Shown: in pieces, positions 50,101-56,857 of the stretch
Position numbering within the stretch: position 1 is the stretch's first letter
Layout: every line of letters starts with the position of its first letter
Source of the DNA: a virus
Length of the DNA: 64,000 bases
Strand: one strand, 5' to 3'
Virus record (IMG/VR): IMGVR_UViG_3300031823_000001
Location: 97,741-161,740 of that record
Translations under genes and position numbers: made by a program
The notes under the pieces: model-generated
Told to the model about the DNA's origin: nothing
What the model saw: only the letters and a program-made list of their open reading frames with translations
Databases searched by the model: none

Positions 50101-52551
50101 GTCTTCCCGCCCGGCACCCCGCCCGACCGGCGGAGGGCGGCGGTCGTCCCGGTGCACGCCCCCGGCATCCACGAGCTGCACCGCGAGTTCTCCGAGTTCG
50201 ACCGGGCGCACTACGAGGCGTACACCCCGCACGTCACCCGGGCGCAGCTCGGCGGCCACCAGGCCGACCCGCCGGCGCACCCGGAGGTGAGCTTCCCCGT
50301 CACCCACGTGCACGTGCGGCGGGGCGACGAGGTGCACTCCTTCCCGCTGACCGGGACGAGCCGCACAGAAGCCGCCCTTCTCGACCCGAAGTGGCGCGAG
50401 GTCCAGGTCATGAACGGCTGGACCTGGGACCCTACCCCGCGTCCCGTCGGGAAGGGATACGACACCCGGCCGGTCTCGGTGCGCGCTGACGACGCGGTGC
50501 GCGATTACCTGACGCACCGCAGCCAGCACGACAGCGAGACGGACGAGGAGTTCGCCGAGCGCAAGGCAGACATCGGGCGCTACGGCCCCTGGCACAAGCC
50601 GAAGGACAGGGACGTCCGGGTCCTGGAAAAGTACCGGGACCGGGCACTGAAGGGCGGCCCGATCCGGCGGGAGGGCGGCAGGAACGGGAGCATCCCGCAG
50701 GGAACTGAGTTCAGGCACGAGGTACTCGAACCGCCGGACGACTTTCACCAGATCACTGCCGAGCACCCGGAGCACGGCAGGATCGGCCGCATCACCTGGG
50801 AAGGGGCGTCAAGCGGCATCTTCCCGTCTGAGGTGCACGTGGCAGAGGTGCATCCCGACTTCCGCCGCCGGGGGATCGCCACCGAGTTGTTCCGCCGCGC
50901 CTCGGAGATCACCCCTGGCTTGCATCATGCGCCGGAGGAGGCGCAGGGTGACGACGCAAGGGCCTGGATCGCCCGTGAGGCGGCTGCCCGGACGGTTTGC
51001 CCGTACTGCGGCACCTACGAGGACGCCCACCCGCAGTTCGAGGGCCTCTACCACGCGACAAGCCCCGCGCACCGGAACAGCATCAGGGACTCGGGGCTGC
51101 GCACCGAGTTCGACCAGGGCGAGGACATGACCGAGCCCGGGATCTACATGAGCCCGCACTCTAACGATGACGCCCACCAGGACGTCTGGCACGTTGATAT
51201 CAGAGGACTGCGCCTCCACCCGGACGACCCGGGGAACATGGAAGAGTTCAAGGACGTCGGCGGGTCCTACTTCTCGAAGGAGGACATCCCCCCGGAGAGG
51301 CTGCACCTGCACCGGCCGGGCACGGGGAACAAGTGGATCGGCTATCCCCCGAAGACAGCGGCGGCCGGCCCGCAGTTCTTCCATGGGACCGACTCGAAGC
51401 TGAGCGAAGGCGACCTGATCGTTCCCGGTCGCCCGAAGGTGAACGCAGGCAGCGACCCCAGGCACGTCTACTTCACCGAGAAGTACGAGCACGCCGAGGG
51501 CGCGGCGAGGGGAGCCACTGACCGCCGTGCCACCAGCTACGACCGCGAGAACGGCAGGTGGGTGCATGACGCCCCGGGGGCGCACTACGTGTACGAGGTG
51601 GAGCCGACCGGGGAGTGGGGACAGGACGAGCAGCTCCCGTGGACGCCCTACAGCCACCAGTCCGCTCACCCGCTCCGGGTTGTGCGTGACGTCACCAGGC
51701 GTGACGGGGACATGCACCGCGAGGCGGTCAGCGGCTACGACGGGCTGACCGGGCGCTCCGCGATGATCTACCTCGATCTCCCGCCGGGCACCGTGCGGCT
51801 GGTGCCCGGCGGGGTCGATGATCACCACGTCACCCTGGTGTACCTGGGCAAGAACGTCAGCGACGAGGCGTTCGGGGAGGCCTGCCGCCGCACCAGGGCA
51901 GCCGCCGCGAAGCTCGCGCCGATGGACGGGGTGCTGCGCGGCATCGACATCTTCCCGCCGTCTAAGTCCAGCGACGGCAAGGTGGTCGCGTTCGTGCCCG
52001 CCTACATCGGCAGCGTCGGGCTGCTGCGCCGCGAGCTGGATGACCTGTCGGCCTCCGAGCACACCGACTGGCGCCCGCACGTCACCCTCGCGTACCTCGA
52101 AGAGGGCGACTCGCTGCCCGCACCGCACCCGGCGGTGCCGCTGCGCTTTGACCGCATCCACGTGAAGCGCGGGGACGACGTACGGAGCTTCCCGCTGGGC
52201 GGGATGCAGCGCCAGGCAGCGGCTGAGCTGCCTGCTTACTATCACGGCACCAGGTACGAGCTAACCCCGGGGCAGGTGCTGACTGGCGGCGCGAAGCCCG
52301 CGAACAACCCGGGTGTCGGCAGGTACGAGCACGTCTACATGACGCGGTCGCCGATGGGGGCTCATGCGGCGGGGAGCCTCGCCTACGATGAGCTGGGATA
52401 CCAGCGCGGGCAGCCTAACGTCTACGCCGTGGAGCCCCTCGACCCGGTAGAGCGCGACCCGTTTACGAACGGAGCTGTGCGCAGTAAGCGCGCCCGGGTG
52501 ATACGTAAGGTCAACCCGTTCACTGAGCCATACGATGGTGACGATGACTGA
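44134..52551 (+). CDS. Polyprotein 2 (about 2805 aa): about 10 ART-fold modules (four Arr-like), nucleotidyltransferase, two ParB-like, zincin, two GNAT, two 2H phosphoesterases
   Basis: (F/Y)HG..VEP Arr pattern, GGS..DLD, DGHHR x2, HEAAH..HGPEW, RRxGIAT x2, HVT/HVT pairs. Confidence 0.85.
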   Translation: MAGEWSPKSLTPPRPIRAEAADDRIWYHGTPDERTWEHGAPYGIHVGTEEAARQALHARIGKPAEGEWDGTREYGKTLLNRDYSIYSLDGTKTTQRNPPSYPTKGPGYSDGTTGPMDARPSIFPVRIKGPMTNHPDAPVTDDYANGRMRGQITRGNARRGYYYTNHGEDEGSISAAVPSAAHLERIHPPKTAAHGGERSYVLYHGAHHDDVRSILASGLRGDPDQPTVTTSREGAELYGRKRDWTAPKVLEIHVPRSQVHRYLGEPQEGLPVEGTVHALRETLPPAFIRAVHEASLRRGAAWSPQVGIFGPTTGLDPLLFDEGGMLRGQVRHEIMTRLDQCLRVNSGLAGSDWQEWLHVWLTGGSASEWAGSRPNEKAQDLDVIVAIDLPEAQGYGAFDGMNGGEAASALNAALWKHFNTDGWQPGFGGRWNLTAFCNQRAKDGIGAIKPYAAYDVTGMRWAVSPPHLPEHTVADFDPAVIAHARAVAAEARAILRMPEPLRTREARDLWEHVHQHRCTAFSKEGTGWEDPGNVDEKMLAYAPHDLLGKIKELALNSQQKTAAWSPEWPEDERSWRGERRLLPLTDLIANDKNMREVLSSGRRSETVGAIHVWPRDDMPGFEIGDGHHRVADAIRRGETHIDSEVEPWPDEEQYDPPFYDFSQHMRRESALAKTAAAQNPPCRYCGEPLDEEDVRDGHSAHEECSDMRWCEPHQEYHDDPQEAEGHNGTYTDWGCYLPFEGGIHRGLTVRLPEEAHRLVHDETRPAAERARVLKSHLDDGGHYGVHWTDHLPVAQAWGSDNGAVFGVPDPDDSSRTHVVLHAASPGVEHIEDDPEKLSGRNLWGFGHENSEREVPLKEGAPVHVTGISWKRGGESEWNRHDFGETAPKTASWDHSGSDHSGVYLRFGDWPHDERSFSPAGGYHEEGVSAYDLDRHGDPSIDHGLNRGHQHDDECDVDENGTCQFQDPWGEPDNDPQEEMRGRVARAERSRYYGSDKPSEVGHLVRGEMTGVGYDGEPLLKNVRRVGDWIDHRHLFLDQAKPHRLARDPSDEDYEEPEEKPPYGYRNRTAALEAGTQLYHGSLHQYAPGTVLTPEGKDAEGSRWSGDYVYAATSPEAARYFGSMHDTTPMSDADVHVHRVEPVGDVEPDEFPEGAEDERFARGNYRAKALRVLDSRRVPGHWAKTGAYEGERMLRNTHELGWSNEEWAAARREPWHAAAKLAQRQVRLDHPKTTMDFPRGEEGDRMVGHILRHTGYQGDVSGAFVSRHPDPARRTSNPAWLDGYPGVTLHPERWDYGTVAHEAAHHAVMEAHGVGPNQYESDEASHGPEWAGHYAQGLNRISKSAGDDFLAHHQFYRDLIGEGLQWKRPSDMDAADERWRNSGESYPRGPRPQQSHYGTGIEREAAAAEGPAGIRMVEPEEYRKYVFPDYPAKTLPALARHLRKNSPGYYDKLRADVQANGVRTPLLVRFPGVPGHPVKKPQVMDGHHRGAVASELGLPVPVGDYDNEEHYRSAMQAGQAWFRENHDLKAGIVREAAADPAYLHGGPNRVEPGGLIHQDAMPESYGRLSHNFFTTSRDVAEEAADMRNGLGHGWVHTVEPTGPFEVDPGEPDSWKSEAPLRVLSVEPGRLNGKVPHPPIVREAAAEHGPVYTYVPGSSPGSHAIVAHPAGAEQTKENRIGRLSWTEEPEGPRVVNVHVDEGCRRHGIATEMLRRAEEITPGIRHYNPSPDAVKWIEGMGKEAAAGDYRQPHQGPDAEDGEALHELGTKGFFPPDVHERPQDYGADTQTAGKIRKARGNPDERITMYRAMPSPHHKINTGDWVTLSEDYAREHAEESHPDDNYAVLGKVTRARHLRNDGNDLNEWTYHGPTQHFPKLVDRGGKNGGWKNSAELSKAQWKDVPPEDEMPSREAASSDGVPQRPKRTPGSAMVYLDVPHGTVEPYEGMETGHHVALAYLPRKIGDEDFARVVDRAREAAARHAPMKATISGGGVFPPGTPPDRRRAAVVPVHAPGIHELHREFSEFDRAHYEAYTPHVTRAQLGGHQADPPAHPEVSFPVTHVHVRRGDEVHSFPLTGTSRTEAALLDPKWREVQVMNGWTWDPTPRPVGKGYDTRPVSVRADDAVRDYLTHRSQHDSETDEEFAERKADIGRYGPWHKPKDRDVRVLEKYRDRALKGGPIRREGGRNGSIPQGTEFRHEVLEPPDDFHQITAEHPEHGRIGRITWEGASSGIFPSEVHVAEVHPDFRRRGIATELFRRASEITPGLHHAPEEAQGDDARAWIAREAAARTVCPYCGTYEDAHPQFEGLYHATSPAHRNSIRDSGLRTEFDQGEDMTEPGIYMSPHSNDDAHQDVWHVDIRGLRLHPDDPGNMEEFKDVGGSYFSKEDIPPERLHLHRPGTGNKWIGYPPKTAAAGPQFFHGTDSKLSEGDLIVPGRPKVNAGSDPRHVYFTEKYEHAEGAARGATDRRATSYDRENGRWVHDAPGAHYVYEVEPTGEWGQDEQLPWTPYSHQSAHPLRVVRDVTRRDGDMHREAVSGYDGLTGRSAMIYLDLPPGTVRLVPGGVDDHHVTLVYLGKNVSDEAFGEACRRTRAAAAKLAPMDGVLRGIDIFPPSKSSDGKVVAFVPAYIGSVGLLRRELDDLSASEHTDWRPHVTLAYLEEGDSLPAPHPAVPLRFDRIHVKRGDDVRSFPLGGMQRQAAAELPAYYHGTRYELTPGQVLTGGAKPANNPGVGRYEHVYMTRSPMGAHAAGSLAYDELGYQRGQPNVYAVEPLDPVERDPFTNGAVRSKRARVIRKVNPFTEPYDGDDD
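44152..44195 (+). promoter_or_regulatory. Candidate -1 ribosomal frameshift signal
   Basis: C CCA AAT in the polyprotein-1 frame, 7-nt spacer, 12-bp GC stem at 44166-44195. Confidence 0.5.
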
Positions 52552-52831
52552 AGACACGCAGGCGGCAGAGAACAGCCTGCCCGAGGTGAAGTTCGCGGAG
52601 CACCCGCAGCGCAAGTGCCGCGAGCCGGTGACCGAGGATGGTCTGATCGACCACTGGTGCGACCTGCCCGCCCCGTCGCAGAAGGGGCACCCGGGGCCGT
52701 GCTGCCCGAGCACCCTGCGCTCCGCGATCCGCCGTCGCCAGCTCTGGGAGAAGGCGAATCCGGGGTGGGAACAGATGCAGCGTACTGACGACCCGTTCGC
52801 CGATTTCACCAAGATCCCGGGAGTGACCTGA
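52544..52831 (+). CDS. Hypothetical Cys/His protein
   Basis: Coupled ORF. Confidence 0.6.
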   Translation: MTEDTQAAENSLPEVKFAEHPQRKCREPVTEDGLIDHWCDLPAPSQKGHPGPCCPSTLRSAIRRRQLWEKANPGWEQMQRTDDPFADFTKIPGVT

Positions 52832-53175
52832 TGGTTTCCCAGTACCCGCCGCAGAAGCCCGAGGTCATGAAGATGCGGCTGGCCCCGCGCGCCGCTCAGC
52901 CGCAGCGCGTAGCGCCGCCGGAGGTGATCACTTCCGACATCCCCTCGTCCGCGCTCCTCCCGGCCGCCCCTCCCCCGTGGACCATCACGGTCCCTGCCGC
53001 CGACGGCACCCCGCTGCTGACGATGCGCGAGGAGAACGGGTTCCTGGTCGTCGAGGGCGACGAGTCCCGCTGGGACGAGGGCGCCAAGAAGTTCCTGTAC
53101 GGCATGATGCAGTGGGCCGGCCAGGCGGGCATTACCTGGAAGGACGAGGTGCGCAAGGCGGGAGAGGCCAGGTGA
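52831..53175 (+). CDS. Hypothetical protein
   Basis: TGATG coupling. Confidence 0.65.
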   Translation: MVSQYPPQKPEVMKMRLAPRAAQPQRVAPPEVITSDIPSSALLPAAPPPWTITVPAADGTPLLTMREENGFLVVEGDESRWDEGAKKFLYGMMQWAGQAGITWKDEVRKAGEAR

Positions 53176-53444
53176 CGGCGTACGTCATGGCCGGAGGTAC
53201 CCGCATCCCTGTCACCGGGTTCGCCCTGCGCGGCGGGAAGATGATCCTGACGTGCGAGACCGCCGGACCAGTCCCGGAATCGGCCGGGGATGTCGCGGTG
53301 ACGGTCTTCGGCGAGGACGGGATCGGCTTCGGGCAGGGTTACTGTCGTGTCTCCTGGCAGGAAGTCCGCCCAGGCGAAATGCTTGCCCTGGTCGTCGCGA
53401 TGGGGCTTGAGCGCTGCTACGGCGACGCGGAGACGGCGGTCTAG
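53172..53444 (+). CDS. Hypothetical protein
   Basis: GTGA coupling with GGAGAGG RBS. Confidence 0.55.
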   Translation: MTAYVMAGGTRIPVTGFALRGGKMILTCETAGPVPESAGDVAVTVFGEDGIGFGQGYCRVSWQEVRPGEMLALVVAMGLERCYGDAETAV

Positions 53445-53726
53445 GTGCCCTCCTACCACGACCTGCACGTCACCACCGCCGAGATCCCGCGCACGTCGGT
53501 CTTCAGTCTGCCTTACGACCTCTGGGTGATATGTTCCCGCATCTCCGGGTGGGAGCTGTGGCGGACCGCCTCCCGGCCGGCCGGCTGGAAGCTCCTGGCG
53601 GGCGAGTACGCCTCCCTTGACAAGTGGCTGGTGCTGGACGTGGACGGCAGTGTCATCGTGGACAGCCGGAAGCAGCCGGACGGGAAGACAGACAGCGTGC
53701 CCGCTGCCCCTAACGGGGTTGTCTAG
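53445..53726 (+). CDS. Hypothetical protein
   Basis: Abuts the previous stop. Confidence 0.5.
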   Translation: MPSYHDLHVTTAEIPRTSVFSLPYDLWVICSRISGWELWRTASRPAGWKLLAGEYASLDKWLVLDVDGSVIVDSRKQPDGKTDSVPAAPNGVV

Positions 53727-53743
53727 CAAGAAAAGCTGTATTA
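53723..53743 (-). promoter_or_regulatory. Inverted copy of the conserved motif
   Basis: Reverse complement reads TAATACAGCTTTTCTTGCTAG. Confidence 0.65.
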
Positions 53744-53882
53744 TCCTGGCTTTACGTCAGGCGCTTCCGCAAGAAAGCGCTTGTTCCTTGCAACGCGGGC
53801 CCGGACCGATGGGCCTGCGCGCAGACCGGGCGACCCGCACTGGCTCTGGGTCGCCCGGTCTGCCGTTTCCGGAGGAGGACTG

Positions 53883-54470
53883 GTGGAGCAGACGGACCGC
53901 GAGACGGCGATGACTGCCTTGTACGAGGACTACGCCAGGGCGCCGGTCCTCGCGAGACTGGCCGGAGGGCGGACGCTGGTGCGCGGCCACGGGATGCTCA
54001 GCGCCCCTGTCGCGGTCGTCGGCGAGGCACCGGGCGAGCAGGAGGACCGCCGGGGCAGGCCGTTCGTCGGGCCGGCCGGGCTCTTGCTGAAGGACTTGCT
54101 CGGCAAGGCCGGGATTCCGTGGGAGTACTGCTACGTGACCAACGTGCTGCCGTGGCGCCCCCCGGCCAACCGCACCCCGTACCCGTTTGAGGTTCAGGCG
54201 TCCGAGGCGCGCCTGGCAGCCGAGGTCGCCCTGGTTGACCCGGTGGTGGTCGTCGCGGCCGGGGAGGTCGCCTGGCGCGGCCTTACCCGGGGCAGCCTGG
54301 GGAGGTTCGCCGGCGCGCGGTTCCAGTGGCACGAGCTGGACGGCCGCCGCCTCCTCGCGGTCCCGCACCCGAGCTTCATCCTGCACCTGAAGGAAGCTGA
54401 GGTCCCTGAGTGGAAGAACGCCACGGTCGAGGCGCTGCGGCTGGCGCTGCCGCAGAAGGCCAGCGCGTAG
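53883..54470 (+). CDS. Family-4-like uracil-DNA glycosylase
   Basis: VGEAPG..ED..GRPFVGPAG, YVTNV..RPP.NR.P, HPS; GGAGGAGG RBS. Confidence 0.9.
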   Translation: MEQTDRETAMTALYEDYARAPVLARLAGGRTLVRGHGMLSAPVAVVGEAPGEQEDRRGRPFVGPAGLLLKDLLGKAGIPWEYCYVTNVLPWRPPANRTPYPFEVQASEARLAAEVALVDPVVVVAAGEVAWRGLTRGSLGRFAGARFQWHELDGRRLLAVPHPSFILHLKEAEVPEWKNATVEALRLALPQKASA

Positions 54471-54814
54471 CCGGGTCGGCAGAAGAGGAAGAGACTCCCG
54501 TCTATGACGGGCCCGACCCCCGGAGGTGGCCGGGCCGGGAGGACATCTGGCCCCTGGCGGAGGACCTGCGCCAGGCCGACTCGATGCTGGAGCTGCTCGA
54601 CGGGAAGGTGGCCCGGGACGGGATGCCGCCCGCGTTCGACGAGGCGCGCTCCCTGCTGCGGGCCACCGCAGCAGGGTGTGCCGGGAAGCTGGCCGTCGCC
54701 CTGCTGTCCGCTTTCGGGGTCCCGGTCCCGGAGGAGCCCGAACTGCCCACGGAAGCCGTGGGAGGCTTCAGTGGCGACAGCGACGGCCCGGGAGACCGGG
54801 ATCACCTGCGATGA
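54410..54814 (+). CDS. Hypothetical protein (start uncertain)
   Basis: High-GC3 frame filling the gap after UDG. Confidence 0.4.
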   Translation: MEERHGRGAAAGAAAEGQRVAGSAEEEETPVYDGPDPRRWPGREDIWPLAEDLRQADSMLELLDGKVARDGMPPAFDEARSLLRATAAGCAGKLAVALLSAFGVPVPEEPELPTEAVGGFSGDSDGPGDRDHLR

Positions 54815-55301
54815 GTGCCAGGGCGAGTTCGTGCTCGGCACTGAGTACTTCTACTGGTACGGCCGCAAGCTGCACCAGTCGTGCGCCAGCGAGGCGGCGG
54901 CCGAGCGGCGGGAAGACGACTGCACCGCCGTAGAGGCGGCCCGGCTGATCCTGGCCGCAGGAACGCGGGTCGTCCTTTCCCGCGCTCAGCTCCGCGCCCT
55001 GGTGACCGCAGCCGTGGAGCAGGGGCTGGAGCCTGTCCGCAAGCCTGACTCGGGCAGGCAGCAGTGGTACGGGCGGATGCCCGGCTGGTCGGCCGCCCGG
55101 GTGAAGCAGGGCCTGGCCGCGTCGGAGGCGGCGGGCATGTGGCTGGATTTCCTCGACGCGGGGCGGATGCCGCCGCTGCGGGGCTGCGACTTGTCCCGGC
55201 TGATGGACGTCATCGACGGGCAGGGATCACAGCCAGGTAACAGTGACCCGCTGACCTCTATCGTTACCGTGCCGTTACCTGTCTCTGCGTTCTTCCCGTG
55301 A
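54771..55301 (+). CDS. Hypothetical Zn-finger protein
   Basis: GGAGG RBS and GTG; CDEC...HQSC. Confidence 0.55.
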   Translation: MATATARETGITCDECQGEFVLGTEYFYWYGRKLHQSCASEAAAERREDDCTAVEAARLILAAGTRVVLSRAQLRALVTAAVEQGLEPVRKPDSGRQQWYGRMPGWSAARVKQGLAASEAAGMWLDFLDAGRMPPLRGCDLSRLMDVIDGQGSQPGNSDPLTSIVTVPLPVSAFFP

Positions 55302-55339
55302 CCCGGCCGCAGAAGGTACAGGAACCCACGGGAGGGCTG

Positions 55340-56857
55340 ATGACGAACCGCAGTGACCTGACGCGGATGATCCGCCAGGCGTCCACGGGCCGGGAGACCG
55401 CGCAGGCTGTCGCCGCCCTCGACGAGTTCGACCGCCGCCAGGCGGCGCTCGCCGAGCAGGACAGGGCGACCGACCTGGGCGCGCGGATCGCCGCCCAGCG
55501 CCTCATGCCGTTCACCGCGCACGAGCACCACACGGCGGCCACCGACTGGATCGCCGAGTACGAGCCGGCCGGCGACTACCGCACCGCGATGATCGCCGAG
55601 GCGAGCACCTGGTACCGGAACCTGCCCCGGGAGGTTCGCGCCGACCGCGAGGAGCTGACCGCCCAGGCGTCCGGCCGGGCCCGCACCCTCGCCTCCGCCT
55701 ACGCCTCCCGGGCGGCGGCCGAGAGCGAGTTCCTGTCGGCGGTCGGCTACCTGCACACCCGGGAGGGGGCCTCGGGGCTGCCGCAGATCGACCAGACGAT
55801 CGACCCGAACAACCAGCCGCAGCAGACTCCGTACCCCGCGCAGGTGTTCCCCACCTTCGCGCCTGACCAGGACCCGTACAACGCCCAGGTCGAGGGGCCC
55901 AACCACGACTCGGAGATCTCCAGCCAGGTGGCCCCGCTGATCCAGCAGGTGCAGCAGCAGGACGCCGGCGGCTCGGGGTACGGCGCGGGCCCGGAGCGGC
56001 CCGACGCGCATACCACCAGCTTCGACACGGCCGACTCCTACGCGGAGGTCCCGCTCGGTCCTCCGGGCATGATCCCGACCGCCCCGGCGGCGACCGACTC
56101 CCAGGGCTACAGCGCCCCCAACCCGGTCGCCGGGGTGCCGCAGGACGCGGGCGCCGAGCGCAGGACCGCCGCCGTGATCGACGGGTACTCGCTGCCCGAC
56201 CCGTTCGGCTACCGCTGGGCGATGACCCGCGAGGTAATGCACCCGTTCCACGAGCGCTGCGGATCGGCCCACTGGCCGGACGAGGACTGCTTCGACCGCT
56301 CGCACACCGCCTCGGTCGCCGTCGGGTACCTGATGGACATCGAGGGCGTCCGCCGCCAGGCGCAGTGCGAGGCCGTCGGGGTCAGGGAGGGGCTGCGCGC
56401 GGTCACCTCGTCGCACTCGGCGGCGGAGCTGGGCACGGCCCACAACCGCTTCACGTCCGCCTGGGGGCAGAGCGACCGCAGCGCCGACGACAGCGCGGTG
56501 CTGCACGGTTTCATGGCCGTGGTCCGGCCGGTGCTGTCGGAACTGTCCTGCACCGCGTGCAAGGGCGGCGACTGCGGCAACTGCCACGACCGGGACTGCG
56601 CGTGCGCTAAGCACCCGAAGGGGACCGGCAGCCGGATGGGCGCGAGGGGCCTGGCGGCCGGCGGCGTCACCGAGTCCGAGCGCGAGCACGCCGTCCACCA
56701 CCTGCCGGGCACCGACAAGTTCCCGGTTGACTCGGCCGCCGACGTGGAGAACGCCAAGCACGACATCGGCCGCACGAACGAGCCGCACGGCAAGGTAGTC
56801 AACTACATCGACGACATGGCCAAGGAGTACGGCGTCGCCCCGGTAGGAGGCAAGTGA
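55340..56857 (+). CDS. Putative head/scaffold-associated protein A
   Basis: GGAGG RBS; low complexity; RQAS/RTAA/HTAS motifs; C-terminal DKFPVDSAADVENA (DUF6582-like). Confidence 0.6.
   Translation: MTNRSDLTRMIRQASTGRETAQAVAALDEFDRRQAALAEQDRATDLGARIAAQRLMPFTAHEHHTAATDWIAEYEPAGDYRTAMIAEASTWYRNLPREVRADREELTAQASGRARTLASAYASRAAAESEFLSAVGYLHTREGASGLPQIDQTIDPNNQPQQTPYPAQVFPTFAPDQDPYNAQVEGPNHDSEISSQVAPLIQQVQQQDAGGSGYGAGPERPDAHTTSFDTADSYAEVPLGPPGMIPTAPAATDSQGYSAPNPVAGVPQDAGAERRTAAVIDGYSLPDPFGYRWAMTREVMHPFHERCGSAHWPDEDCFDRSHTASVAVGYLMDIEGVRRQAQCEAVGVREGLRAVTSSHSAAELGTAHNRFTSAWGQSDRSADDSAVLHGFMAVVRPVLSELSCTACKGGDCGNCHDRDCACAKHPKGTGSRMGARGLAAGGVTESEREHAVHHLPGTDKFPVDSAADVENAKHDIGRTNEPHGKVVNYIDDMAKEYGVAPVGGK

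Noticed and set aside
51367-51700. Bona fide rifampin-resistance gene arr
   Set aside because: The fold pattern resembles Arr, but the modules are divergent and lack the PN.TDK.FPGNPT loop as I recall it. Substrate is unknown.
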